NCBI GenBank assembly: GCA_951406725.2
Contig: OX597814.1
Location: 4,154,001 to 4,218,000, forward strand
Length of the DNA: 64,000 bases
Direction: 5' to 3'
From: Octopus vulgaris
Lineage: Eukaryota
Below are positions 1 through 12,653 of the stretch, in pieces. Within the stretch, counting starts at the first letter, position 1; every line of letters starts with the position of its first letter. The position numbers and the translations under genes are program-made. The notes under the pieces were generated by a model that worked only from the letters and a program-made list of their open reading frames with translations, did no database searches and had not been told where the DNA came from.

Positions 1-49
1 CACACACATATATATAGATACATACACACACATATATATATAGATACAT

Positions 50-84
<35 letters not shown>

Positions 85-627
85 AACGTTATTGTACCTA
101 AATCTCCCAACGTCAGATATTCAGTAGCAATACTTTGAAGTAAAGATCATTTGCCAACCTAATGAGGCAGACCTGGTTGGAACGAATGCTATTGTTGTTT
201 AGCCCCAGGAGACATCGTCTCCAGCTGGCTATACGACACACAATCCGTGTCCAGCTCTGTGCTGACGGGGGAGGGGAGGTGCTAACCTCCCCTGTTCGAA
301 AATATAAGGACACAGATTGTGTGTCGTGTAGCCAGCTGGAGACAGTCACATTATGTTGGCAAATAATCATTACTTTATATATATATATATTTCGGGACAG
401 TCATTTTTTTACCTTGCCAAATAAACACACGCACTGTATATATTCGTCCTTCACTTCAGCTTTATTAGTCTTCTCATGTTAATGTCCTTTGACTAAAATC
501 TTTCATCACACATCCTGTGACCTCTTCAGTGGCTCTCCATCCCATGTGTCCCCTCCTGCTCTGTTTAGTTCATTTGCCTTTCTATGATGTGTATCATCAT
601 CTGCGCATGCATTTTCGTCAGTGTGTG

Positions 628-675
<48 letters not shown>

Positions 676-2529
676 CTACGTGTATCTATGTGTTTTGCAT
701 GTGTGTTTTATGTGTGCGTATAGGTTTGCATACTATGCTGTTTGTGTCTGTATCCTTTATTTAGTTATTTTATTCATTTATTTACTTATTTATTTATATT
801 TCCCATTTCACCTTAGGTATGTATACGTGTGTCTTTTGTGTGTGTGTGTCTCTCCACTTCTGTCTTTTAGTCATCATGTTGCGTTGTGTGTGGTAGGGGT
901 GTTACTGTTCCATTCGTGTTTTCTGTTGAGGATCGGTCTGTCTATTACTATGTGTGTGGCCTCTGTAAACTGTCTAAGTGTCGTGTCTCTTCTATGCGTT
1001 GATAATACTTTAACATTTATGTTATCAACCGAGCTTCTATGTTCTAATTGAGCATGTTAGTAGAGCACGGACGAGCTTTTCTCCTCTTTGAGCTCCCGCC
1101 AGTACTCACCTACTCGTTCTACTATGCTACGTGCCGTCTCCTCGTTTAAGTTGTCTTCTTTCTGCACCGTCCCTCAATACACCATATGTTATAGACTACA
1201 TTCCTAATCTCGTTGATGGTTGATGAGATAAATTTTCGTCTCCTTCTTATGCTTATCCTGTTTTTAACACAACCCATCCATAAAAGATGTTATTTCGAGA
1301 CAAATACCGCAATAACAAATATCGACAGTATTTATATATTAACGACTATTTTAATTTTAATTCCTTAATATCGTATGCCAAATATATCCATGACTGAGGA
1401 AACAGGGCTTCGAATGACCCATCCTTGTTTTCTTTGCATTGTCTATCTGGATGTTTTGTTGTCCCTTTTTTGTATCACCTAGCTGTCCGGATGTTTTGCG
1501 TTCTTGTCCCATTTTGTATTTTATTTTATACACACACACACACACAATTACTTGCTTTTGTGTCTTGCATCGACGTCTTCTATAATTGCTTAACCCATTG
1601 CTAGCTGCTCAATCCGTAATTTATGGCAGTTTCTGTCGTGACTTGTAACATCTACAGCTCTCCAATCACGCCAACTGTAATAACCTGACCGTCAAGAAAA
1701 GAAAAGAAAAGATGTCTGTCGCCCAAAGAAAAATACAAAATAAATAAATGATTAATTAATTGGCACATTTCTAAATTTGATCAGCAATATTTCTCAAGCA
1801 TGTACGGAGCGTAACTGAGCAGAAGGTTTCGTCATTTCTCTGATAAATGTTCGGCTTCATTCTCATAATGGCCCGTGAAACGGACGATAAGATCGGCCAT
1901 AAAATCGCTGCAAAACTGGCTTCACTCGTTTATGACAAAAACTGCGAGACAAAATTGAAGAGAATTTTTCAGAAATAATCCAAGTCATGTGTAAACACAT
2001 GGACAAAATTAAATATGGCGATGGTCAACGAGTGTAGGTCACAACTTGACCCCATTTTACGTGATTCCCTACATCCCCCTCACACTGGTCAGGAACAGCA
2101 TCAACAAACAGCAGCAGCAGAACATAACAACGACAATTATAATCCCCAAAGCAACTCTTATCAGGCCTGTATTTGATGGCAAAAACTAACAAGATCGGCC
2201 ATCTTAATCAGAAACATCGCTCTTCAAACGATGAGGTGGATATCGTTATAAAGCCATTTGTAATTTTGGACCCAGTGGAAACAAGAATCGCTCTCCCTGT
2301 GGAGACGGCTGTGATAGATACTGTTTTACATGGGTTTGGACATTTTTATGTCTTACTCATGGCCTCTCAACACCCGATGCCAAGATCCACATTCACAAGA
2401 CTGGAACTTTCTGCAGCACTTCGCCATCAGAAACAGTCATTCTCACAAAGAATGAGTGTTTTCATGCAACAGAGAAGGTTCTGGTCGTTCACCGGTTTTA
2501 TTGGACCAATCAGAGAGCAGCGTTATCTG

Positions 2530-3062
2530 TCAACCATATCCATCATCATCATCATCATCGTCATCATTATTTAACGTCTGTTTTTCGTGTTGGCATGGGT
2601 CAGCTGGAAAGCTGTCCGAGTTCCATTTGTCTATTTTGGCATGGTTTCTACGGCTGGGTGCCCTTCCTAACATGCCAACCACTTTACAGAGTGTACTGGG
2701 AGCTTTCACGCAGTACCGGCGTGGGTTCTTTTTACGTGGCACTAGCACCCACAAACCCACAAGACCAGGATCCCTCAGCTGAAGAGGGATGCAGGGGACA
2801 TGCCTGAACGCAAGGACAACCTCAATTTTACTTCGCCTGACGTGTCTTCTCAAGCACAGCAACCCACCAGAAGTCTCGGTCCTTTGTGTGGCCCAGCATC
2901 TGAAGATCCTTTCTCACCTCTTCGTCCCACGTCTTCCTGAGTCTACCCCTGTCACACGTTCCGTCCACGATTAGAGCTCGGCACTTCTCGATGCTACTGC
3001 CCTCATCCATACGCATTACAGGATCGTGCTAGCACAGTCTCCTCTCCAGCACACTACACCTG
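2530..3062 (-). mobile_element. Degenerate RTE LINE 3' fragment. Similar fragments ~5605-6730(+, split by SINE A), 6810-7120(+), 36300-37190(-)
   Basis: ORF 2828-3016 GTCDRGRLRKTWDEEVRKDLQMLG plus the (GAT)n-ending tail. Confidence 0.8.
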
Positions 3063-3065
3063 ATA

Positions 3066-3296
3066 TATTTCTTTATTGCCCATAAGGGGCTAAACACAGA
3101 GGGGGCAAACAAGGACAGACAAACGGATTAAGTCGATTACATCGACCCCAGTGCGTAACTGGTACTGAATTTATCGACCCCGAAAGGATAAAAGGCAAAG
3201 TCGACCTCGGCGGAATTTGAACTCAGAACGTAACGGCAGACGAAATACCGCTGAGCATTTCGCCCGGCGTGCTAACGTTTCTGCCAGCTTGCCGCC
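3066..3296 (-). mobile_element. tRNA-derived SINE family A (Nin/Deu-like central domain). Other copies ~5905-6132(+), 7977-8200(+), 8878-9107(-), 27860-28000(-), 40980-41200(+), 41810-42020(+), 43440-43630(+), 51110-51320(-), 55560-55952(+), 60330-60540(+)
   Basis: Repeated GGCGGCGAGCTGGCAGAA..GAGTTCAAATTCCGCC head followed by GTCGACTTTGCCTTTCATCCTTTCGGGGTCGATAAATTAAGTACCAG; more than 10 copies in the window. Confidence 0.9.
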
Positions 3297-4956
3297 TTTA
3301 TGTAGCACACTACATCTGATACCCCTCATACCCAGTGCTTCTCTCAAATCGCTTACAGTTTCCCCATATCTAAACAGCAACTCAAAACCTGTTTGCTATC
3401 TCCTCTCAGTCAACGCAGCCGGGGCACGTTGTTTTTATTCGTCCGACAGCAGAACACAACCGACAGACACAGAGTCCTCATTTCTCCCGTTCACTTAGTC
3501 TCAATGCCAGACATGTTTTATTTGAACAGAACATCTCGATTGCTTTATATCTTTCCACCCGATTGCGTCTGTTGATATTTCACCAGTTTTTTTTTCTCTC
3601 CCTTTCACACCATGTCTGTAACAAAAACATATCTAACTGTACTTCAACCACTCATATTTAACACAACCCTTGTTTGTTCGCTTAATATATTTTTTTCGTT
3701 AATGTTGAGATTGCAATTTGTGTTTTTCTCCGAAGAAACAGCTGCAGAGGAAACCTCTAATTACAGACTCTCGCAAATGCACGTGTGTCCTTTCATCATC
3801 GTCGTTTAACGTCCGCTTTCCATGCTGGCATGGGTTGGACATTTTGACTGAGGACTGGCGAGCCAGAAGGCTGCACCGGGCTCCAATCTGATCCGGCAAA
3901 GTTTCTACAGCTGGATGCCCTTCCTAACGCCAACCACTCCGAGAGTGTAGTGGGTGCTTTTACGTGTCACCGGCACGAGGGCCAGCCAGGTAGTTCTGGC
4001 GACGGCCACGCTCAAATCGTGTTTTCTATGTTCCACCTGCACAAGAGCCAGTCCAGCAGCACTGGCAACGACCACACTCGAATGTTGTTTTTCACCTGCT
4101 CGGGAGCCAGTCAGGTGGCACTGGCATCGGTCACGCTCGAATGGTGCTTTTTTCCGTGCCATTGAACTACTTAGGCTGGCAGAGGTCTACATTTCTGGTG
4201 GTTCATAGAAATGACCCATGGAAGTCGCATCTCTTAATAGATGACTCGTACAATGATGACCCGTACAACTCATGCCAGTATGGAAAGCAGATCTAAAAGG
4301 GATGAGAGATGGTGAAAGTGTGCCAGGTGGCACACCCTGTGACTAAAGTGCACACCCCACACCGCACCACCACCTCTTCCATCTCCCGTCTTTCCCTCCC
4401 TCTAATACCGAGGTAGCCATGTTATCTCTTCTACTGCAAAACACTTGTCTCTCTTTCCCTTTACTCAGACTTTGACCACGGATTCTCAACCATTTTACGC
4501 CTTTCAACCCCTTCGGTTCCTGTTTTAATCAACTGAATCCCCCCACACACACACACACACGAGCCAATCAATGTTTAAAAACATCCTATTATATTTTTAT
4601 AATGAGGAGTGGCTGTGTGGTAAGAAGCTTGCTTACCAACTGCATGGTTCCAGGTTCAGTCCCATTGCATGGCACCTTGGGCAAGTGTCTTCCAGGCCAG
4701 CCAAAGCCTTGTGAATAATTGGAAACTGAAAGAAGCCTGTCAAGTATATATATATATATATATACACGTTTGTGTGTCTGTGTTTGACCTCCCCAACACC
4801 ATCACTTGACAACCGATGTTGGTGGGTTTACAGCCCAGTAACTTGGCAGCTTGGCAAAAAAGACCAACAGAATAAGTGCTAGGCTTATAAAGTATAAGTC
4901 CTGGCTGTGCTCCAGCATGGCCACAGTCAAATGACTGAAACAAATAAAAGAATAAA

Positions 4957-5251
4957 ACATTATTTACATTCAACAAATATTTGTTCCTCATCTTGTTTGT
5001 TGTTTACACAACGTTTTGGCTGATATACCCTCCAGCCTTCATCAGGTGTCTTGGGGAAATTTCGAACCTGGGTTCTCATTCCTAAGGTATTTTTCAATGT
5101 TATTATTATTATTATTCAGGTCACTGCCTGGAATTGAACTCGGAATCTTGGGGTTAGTAGCCTGCGCTCTTAACCACTATGCCATATGCCTGTAGTGGTT
5201 AAGAGTGTGGGCTACTAACCCCTAGATTCCAAGTTCGATTCCAGGCAGTGA

Positions 5252-5308
<57 letters not shown>

Positions 5309-5500
5309 TGATGATGATGATAATAACATCGAAAAATACCTTAGGAATGAGAACCCAGGTTTGAAACTTCCCCAAGACACCTGATGAAGGCTGGAGGGTA
5401 TATCAGCCGAAACATTGTGTTAACAACAAACAAGATGAGGACAAATATCCGTCAAATGTAAATAATGTAAATAATTCCTCTTCTCTTAAATATAGAACTG
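4957..5500. mobile_element. Head-to-head inverted pair of a tRNA-headed short element carrying a hammerhead-like motif
   Basis: 4957-5190 is the reverse complement of ~5192-5468 apart from (TAA)n length. Head has A box TGGCATAGTGG and B box GAGTTCAATTCC; body has GACAC-CTGATGA-A-GGCTG..CAGCC-GAAA-C(G/A)TT-GTGTT. Confidence 0.85.
5376..5421 (+). ncRNA. Minimal type I hammerhead ribozyme motif (Penelope-like), degenerate copy
   Basis: Stem I GACAC/GTGTT, core CTGATGA, stem II GGCTG/CAGCC, GAAA. Stem III reads CATT here and CGTT in the inverted copy at 5005-5050. Confidence 0.65.
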
Positions 5501-5855
5501 AAAAGAATAAAATTTTATAAGAAAATGTATAAATAAAATTAGAATATTTTGTGTATTGAAGAAGCATAAATTTTAACAAACAAAATCCTGATTCCCCCCA
5601 CCAAGTCCATATGCTCTGCTGGGTGGGTAACGTCAGTGTGTATATATGACAGAGTGTAAGAGATTGGAGAGAAAAACTGAGTATACATAGCATCAGATGT
5701 TGTGTGGAAGGGAGAAGACTGCATTGGTGTGGCCATGTGATGCGTACGAATGAAGGTAGCTGCATCAAGATGTGCAAATTGCAGAGGGAGCATGTGGAAG
5801 GGAGAGACCCACAAAGACGTGGGACGAAGCGGTCTGAAAGGATTTGAAAGGGTAA

Positions 5856-5902
<47 letters not shown>

Positions 5903-7493
5903 TGCGGCGAGCCGGCAGAATCATTAGCACGCCGGGCGAAATGCTTAGCGGTATTTCGTCTGCGTTACGTTGTGAGTTCAAATTCAGCCGAGGTCGACTT
6001 TGCCTCTCATCCTTTCAGGGTCGATAAATTAAGTACCAGTTACGGACTGGGGTCGATGTAATCGACTTAATCCGTTTGTCTGTCCTTGTTTGTCCTCTCT
6101 ATGTTTAGCCCCTTGTGGGCAGTAAAGAAATAGGTTTGAAAGGATCTCCGGTTTGGTCATGTGATGTGTATGGATGAGCACAGCTGCATCAAGAAGTGCT
6201 GATCTTTAATTGTGAGGCAAGCATGGGAGAAAGGAACAGAGCCTGGAAGATGCAGGACGAAGTAGTGAGAAACTATTTTCAGATGTTGGGCCTTACATTG
6301 GACATTGACAAGGGACCAAGACATCTGGCAATCTGCTCGAGAAGAGAGGTCAAGGTCAGTAAAACAATGGCCCTCCATACATCCAGATATATCCTCCTCT
6401 ATGCCCCTCCCTCAGCTGAGAGGCCCTTCTTCCCTGCACGGCTTGCAAGTGCTGCTCTCACTAAAATGCATTCGTACTGGTGCTGTATGAAACGGTTTGT
6501 GTCAGTGCCACATAGAAGTGCCTGTGTCAGTGCCGTGTAAAAGCATCCAGTGCATTCTCTGAAGTGATTGGCATTAGGAAGGTCTTTCATCTGTAGAAAT
6601 AATGCCAAAGTAGACAATTGGAGTCTGGTGAAGCTCTCCGGCCTTGCCAGCTCCTGTCAAATCATCCAAACCATGCCAGCATGAAAAACAAACGTTAATT
6701 GATGATGACGATGATGGCAATGATGATGATGATGACGATGATGATGGTGAGCACCACCATTGAGGAAGTTGTTAGTATTTACTGTGGTCTTAGTCCCATC
6801 GCAATAAGTATGGCCATGTGATGTTTATGAATGAAGACAGCTGCATCAAGAGGTGCTGAGGGAACATGTGGAAGGAGTAAACCCAGGAAGACGTAGGACA
6901 AAGTGGTCTGAAAGGATCTACAGAAGCTGAGACTCAGAGAGGGAATGACGGGGAACCGAGACTTTTGGCAGTTTGCTGCACTTGAAAAGACACACCAAGC
7001 AGTGTAAAAGTGTGTTTGTCCCTGCATACAGGCTTGACCCCTGCCCCCCACCCTTCTCCAGCTGAGCATCCCTAATCTTGCAGGCTTGTAGGTGCTGGTG
7101 CTACTTAAAAAGCACCTGTACCAATGCCCGGGGCCATCGCTAAGCCCCTGCAACCCCTGCGACCACAGGGGCCCTCCATGGTTGAGGGGTCCCATGTAAG
7201 ATCAAAGTATGTAGGTGAGTCATCATCTATTTGCTTCAGTTAAGATGCTGAACAAGATTTAAACTATGTTCAGGGAAAATTTCAAGAAATAAAATGGTAA
7301 AGTTCTTGTAAAAATATTACATTCCAGCATTGTTATGTTGCTCTAATTTGATTCTATGTTCTAAGGATTGAACCAAGTTTACTGACTTGGCTTTATTTCA
7401 GGCATTCACCTCGTTTCCTTTTCAAGTGAATTTTTGGACTACCTTCTAATTTGCATACTGGTTTGTTTCGTAAGTGGCGTCATACTTTTTGCA

Positions 7494-7862
7494 GGAGGTG
7501 CAATGGCCCAGTGGTTAGGGCAGCGGACTCGCGGTCGTAGGATCGCGGTTTCGATTCCCAGACCGGGCGTTGTGAGTGTTTATTGAGCGAAAACACCTAA
7601 AAGTTCCACGAGGCTCCGGCAGGGGATGGTGGTGATCCCTGCTGTACTCTTTCACCACAACTTTCTCTCACTCTTACTTCCTGTTTCTGTTGTACCTGTA
7701 TTTCAAAGGGCCGGCCTTGTCACTCTCTGTGTCACGCTGAATATCCCCGAGAACTACGTTAAGGGTACACGTGTCTGTGGAGTGCTCAGCCACTTACACG
7801 TTAATTTCACGAGCAGGCTGTTCCGTTGATTCGGATCAACCAGAGCCCTGGTCGTCGTAACC
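7494..7862 (+). mobile_element. tRNA-derived SINE family C (~390 bp). Other copies ~34223-34625(-), 54053-54437(-), 58798-59167(+); partial 20635-20803(-), 26650-26806(+)
   Basis: Head GGAGGCGCAATGGCCCAGTGGTTAGGGCAGCGGACTCGCGGTC..GGTTTCGATTCCC; copies are highly similar to one another. Confidence 0.9.
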
Positions 7863-8239
7863 TTTAGGTTCTGCTTTTTTTTTTTAATCAGCATGCATTC
7901 TTGAGTATATATTGGGTTGTATTTGATTCCATTATTGGTTCGCATTTAAGTAATGTAATCCTAGTTAATACTAAAGGCAGTGAGCTGGCAGAAAGGTTAG
8001 CATGCCGGGTGAAATGCGTAGCCGTATTTCGTCTGTCGTTACGTTCCGAGTTCAAATTCCGCCAAGGTCGACTTTGCCTTTCATCCTTTCAAGGTCGATT
8101 AAATAAGTACCAGTTACGCACTGGGGTCCATGTAATCGACTTCATCCCTTTGTCTGTCCTTGTTTGTCCCCTGTGTTTAGCCCTTTGTGGGTAGTAAAGA
8201 ATTTGTAATCCTAGTTAATAATTCTGTATTAAAACATAA

Positions 8240-8672
8240 CAGTGAGAAATTTCATTTTTGTGAGAAGTCCCATTCTTGTGAGAAGTCCCAATGTTATTAG
8301 AAGCCCTATTCTTGTTCAAAATACTATTTTCATAAACTGTCCTATTCCTGTGAGAAATCTCATTCTTTATAAAATCCCCATTTTTGTTAGAAGTCCCATT
8401 CTTGTTAGAAGTCTCATTTTGTGAGAAGTCCCATTTTTTTGAAAGTCCCCATTTTGGGGAGACTTCCTTTCTTTTTAGAAGTCCCACTCTCATTAGAAGA
8501 CACATTCCTGTTAGAAGTTCGATTCTGAGAGAAATCCCACTTGGCGTGATGTCCCATTCTTGTTAGAAGACACATTCTTGCTAAAAGTCCCATTTTCATT
8601 ATAATCTCATTTTTCAGAGAAGTCCCATTTTTGTGAAAAAAACTGATTTTTGTTATCAGTCCCATTTTTGTG
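8240..8672. repeat. Degenerate ~19-20-bp minisatellite (AGAAGTCCCATTCTTGTG/T)
   Basis: About 20 diverged units. Confidence 0.85.
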
Positions 8673-10060
8673 AATGTTATACTGCTCTAATTCGATTCTA
8701 TGTTCTAAGGATCAAACAAAGGTTACTGACTCTTCTTTATTTCAGGCATTCACCTCGTGTCCTTTTCAAGTTGCCTTCTAATTTGCATACTGGTTCATTT
8801 CGTGAGTGGCGTCATACATTTTGCACGTGGATTTTTAATTCTGCTTTAATCAGCATGAATGTTTTGAGTATATATCTGTTTCTTTATTGCTCACAAGGGG
8901 CTAAACATAGAAGGGACAAACAAGGACAGACAATCAGATTAAATCGATTACATCGACCCCGATGCGTAACTGGTACTTAATTTATCGACCCCGAAAGGAT
9001 GAAAGGCAAAGTCGACCTCGGCGGAATTTGAACTCAGAACGCAACGACAGACGCAATACCGCTAAGCATTTCGCCCGGTGTGCTAACGTTTCTGCCAGCT
9101 CACCGCTTTATTTTTTGAGTATCTATCGCTCACATATTCACTCCATTATCTGAGTGGCATTCGAGTAATGTGATAATTTGGTATTAAAACATAACATACC
9201 ACAAACATGTACCAGACTTTGTGGATTGTCTAATGATATCTACTGAACTAAGAACACCATCTGAGCGAGATCGTTGCCAGAGCAACAAGCTGGCCTCCAT
9301 GCCGATGGCACGTTAAAAACACCATTCTAGCGTGATTGTTACCTGCGTCGCCTTTCTGGCACTTGTGCTGGTGGCACGTGAAAAAAAAAAACATTCGAGC
9401 AAGGTCGTTGCCAGTGTCGCTGGACTGGCTCCTGTACAGGTGGCACATAAAAAGCACCATTTGAGCATGGCCGTTGCCAGTACCACCTGACTGGCCCTCG
9501 TGTCGGTGGTACGTAAAAGCACCCACTACACTGTTGGAGTGGTTGGCATTAAGAAGGGCATCCAGCTGTAGAAACTCTGCCAGATCAAGATTGGAGCCTG
9601 GTGCATCCATCTGGTTCGCTAGTCCTCTCATGAAGCAGTTTCCAATTTTACCATAACCCGGGTCATCCCTTCTTCATTAGATGCTCCATCAGTCCATATT
9701 ATACTCAATGTCTTAGTTAAGAACCACACTTCACAGTTCTCCATTTGAAGCCTGGGGCAGCCATCTGGTTCGCCAGCCCTCAGTCAAAATCGTCCAACCC
9801 ATGCCAGCATGGAAAGTGGACGTTAAACGACGATGATGATGATTATTCTGAACTGATCAATGATTTCGCAAAGTGAAAAGTGTTCCGTGTTTGTCTTTGA
9901 AAGTTGGCTGGATTATAAAAATGTCTTTTATTCATTGTTGGAAGTTTTACTTATTGAAATTTGTCATAGAGACCTAAATATATTTAACTTGTATTTTTAA
10001 AGATGTTCCAAAAGATAACGTGAAATATTGAACTTCAGACAGAATAAAGTAAAATATAAT

Positions 10061-10470
10061 AGGCACAGGAGTGGCTGTGTGGTAAGTAGCTTGTCTACCA
10101 ACCACATGGTTCCGGGTTCAGTCCCACTGCGTGGCACCTTCGGCAAGTGTCTTCTACTATAGCCTCGGACAGACCAAAGCCTTGTGAGTGGATTTGGTAG
10201 ACGGAAACTGAAAAGAAGCCCGTCGTATATATGTATGTGTGTGTGTCTGTGTTTGTGTGTCTGTGTTTGTCCCCCTAGCATTGCTTGACAACCGATGCTG
10301 GTGTGTTTATGTCCCCGTCACTTAGCGGTTCGGCAAACGTGACCGATAGAATAAGTACTGGGCTTAGAAAAGAATAAGTCCTGGGGGTCGAGTTGCTCGA
10401 TTAAAGGCGGTGCTCCAGCATGGCCGTAGTCAAATGACTGAAACAAGTAAAAGAGTAAAAGAGTAAAGAG
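10061..10470 (+). mobile_element. tRNA-derived SINE family B with an internal (TA/TG)n tract and (AAAGAGT)n tail. Other copies ~4605-4955(+), 16869-17260(+), 22712-23115(-), 40047-40450(-), 42535-42956(+), 43885-44302(-), 57568-57953(-)
   Basis: Head AGGCGCAGGAGTGGCTGTGTGGTAAG..GGTTCAGTCCC and CORE-like CACCTTGGGCAAGTG; multiple near-identical ~400-bp copies. Confidence 0.9.
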
Positions 10471-11915
10471 TATAGCCATGAATAAAAGGTGAGTAGATTA
10501 TGAATTTTGATTGAAGGGATGGGGATGGGGGTGGGGCGCTCTAAAAGTCATGCAAAGGGGCTACCAGTGCCACATAAACACACCCATGCTGGTACTGCAT
10601 AAAAGTACCCAGCGCACTCTGCGAAGTGGTTGGCATGTTAGGAAGGGAATCCAGCTGCAGAAACCATGCCAAAACAGACAAATGGAGTCTGAGCAGCCCT
10701 TCAGCTGACCATCATCATCATCATCATCATCGTTTAGCGTCCGCTTTCCATGCTAGCATGGGTTGGACGGTTCGACCGGGGTCTGGGATGCCAGGGGCTG
10801 CACCAGGCTCCAGTCTGATCTGGCAGAGATTCTACGGCTGGATGCCCTTCCTAACGCCAACCACTCCGTGAGTGTAGTGGGTGCTTTTTACGTGCCACCC
10901 GCACAGGTGCCAGACAGAGCTGGCACAACGGCCACGAACGGATGGTGCCTTTTATGTGCCACTGGCACAGGGGCCAGGCGAGGCTGGCAACGGACACGAA
11001 ACGGGGCGGTGCTGGCAACGGTCGTGAAACGGAAGGTTCTCTTACATGCCACCGGCACTGGTAACACATCTGCAATTTCCATTGATCGATTTCGATTCTG
11101 AGTCAAACCAGCTGACCCATACCAGCACAGAAAACGGACATTAAATGATGATGATGATGATGATAGTGTGCATGTGTGTGTGTGTGTGTGTGTCCCACTA
11201 CTCGATAGCCAGTGTTGGTGTTTTTATGTCCCTGTGATGAAGGGGTTCAGCAAAATTGACCAAAGGAATAAGTGCCATGCTTAAAAAAAAAAAACAAAGT
11301 CCTGAGGTCAATTCATTCAAGTAAAATTCTTCAAAGTGGTGCCCCAGCATGGCCACTGAAACAAGTAAAAGGATAAAAGATATTTATTTATGAAATCCGG
11401 AATACAAAAAAAAAAAAAAACCCAAAACGAATAAATAGAATAAATATGATTTTATTTACAAAATAAATATATTTATATTGTGGAGATAATTAGTCAGAAA
11501 TTAGAGGAAAATATTAGCAAAACTTTGACGAAGGTTTTAATTAAACAATAAAAAAATTGTAAAACAAAGAAAACAACAACAATAGTTGTTTTTGGAATAA
11601 AACATAACAAAATAACCACCCACCCACCCCCTTTCACTGTTAAAATACCCTGATTTTCCACCCTTAATTCACTGTTGTTAGAAACCTTTGGGGCACAACT
11701 GCAGTTATGTGTTGGTTGCTACGTGTACGTGTATAGAGAGAGAAGCTTAGATATGTGTCGGGGGTGTTTGTAAGTGTGTGGTTTAATATGCATAGTTGGG
11801 CCTATATATGCATATATACACATATATACATAGATTATGTACACATGTATATACATACATGCATCTGAGAGACAGAGAGAGAAGAATGCATTTTTATTCT
11901 TACATTTTTTCTGCT

Positions 11916-11944
<29 letters not shown>

Positions 11945-11946
<2 letters not shown>

Positions 11947-12110
11947 TTATTTATATTAAGGGCATTACTATACATAAATGCCTCATACTACGAGGGACTC
12001 TTAAAGTCATAACTACCATAATAAACATTATTATGGTAGTTTTGACTTTAAGAGTCCCTCCTGGCATGAGGCATTTATGTATAGTAATGCCCTTAATATA
12101 AATAAATATA
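11945..12110. repeat. ~165-bp palindrome; another at ~12763-12927
   Basis: TTTATTTATATTAAGGGCATTACTATACATAAATGCCTCAT.. is mirrored at the right end. Confidence 0.85.
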
Positions 12111-12229
12111 TTTAAAGGGAATAATTAACAATTTTTTTCCTTTGTGAGGTTTTTCACACTGACTACTTGATAAATTCTTATAAAGATTTTATCCTATTTT
12201 TAAATTATATATATACATACATACATACA

Positions 12230-12485
12230 CACGGGGAGGGGGTGCAAAAGTAGGTATACAGTTATGGAAAAAAAGAAAATACGTTCAGTACTCGTATATT
12301 TTTATCAAAAAAATTAAAATCACAATAAAAGTATTTTTATAAATTATGATCAATGTATTATTAGGATAAATGACACAGAAAATATCAAAAATGGGGCAAA
12401 CTTTACATTTTTTTGATAAAAATAAATGAGTACTGTATGTGTTTTTATTTTCATAAATGTATACCTACTTTTGCACACACCCTGC
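12230..12485. mobile_element. Tc1/mariner-like MITE; a smaller similar element lies at ~13910-14031
   Basis: Inverted ends G.GTGCAAAAGTAGGTATACA / TGTATACCTACTTTTGCACACACCCTG in a TA-rich context. Confidence 0.65.
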
Positions 12486-12489
12486 ATAC

Positions 12490-12530
<41 letters not shown>

Positions 12531-12618
12531 TAATCCAAACATGAAAACACAAAGAGAAAACACAACGCTAGGATGTGGAACAAATATAGTATTATTGGAC
12601 GCTCAGGAAAGAAGGAGA

Positions 12619-12653
12619 GTTTAACGTTTCGAGCGGAGCTCTTCGTCGGAAAC
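12619..12653 (-). ncRNA. Minimal hammerhead ribozyme motif with CCGACGA core variant, inside an ~190-bp repeat-like insert (12528-12725)
   Basis: Minus strand reads GTTT-CCGACGA-A-GAGC-TCC-GCTC-GAAA-CG-TT-AAAC: perfect stem I (GTTT/AAAC), stem II (GAGC/GCTC) and a palindromic ACGT stem III. Confidence 0.65.

Noticed and set aside
2173-2574. 133-aa ORF as a protein-coding gene
   Set aside because: No recognisable family motif, it runs into a (CAT)n repeat tail, and another frame is equally open. Kept only as part of a low-confidence finding.
7494-7570. tRNA gene (Arg-like)
   Set aside because: It is the head of a multi-copy SINE that continues into ~300 bp of SINE body. I could not see a proper acceptor stem or Pol III terminator; the same applies to the other SINE heads.
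8215-8665. KNGTSHKN-type repeat ORFs
   Set aside because: Degenerate 19-20-bp minisatellite with frame-breaking unit lengths.
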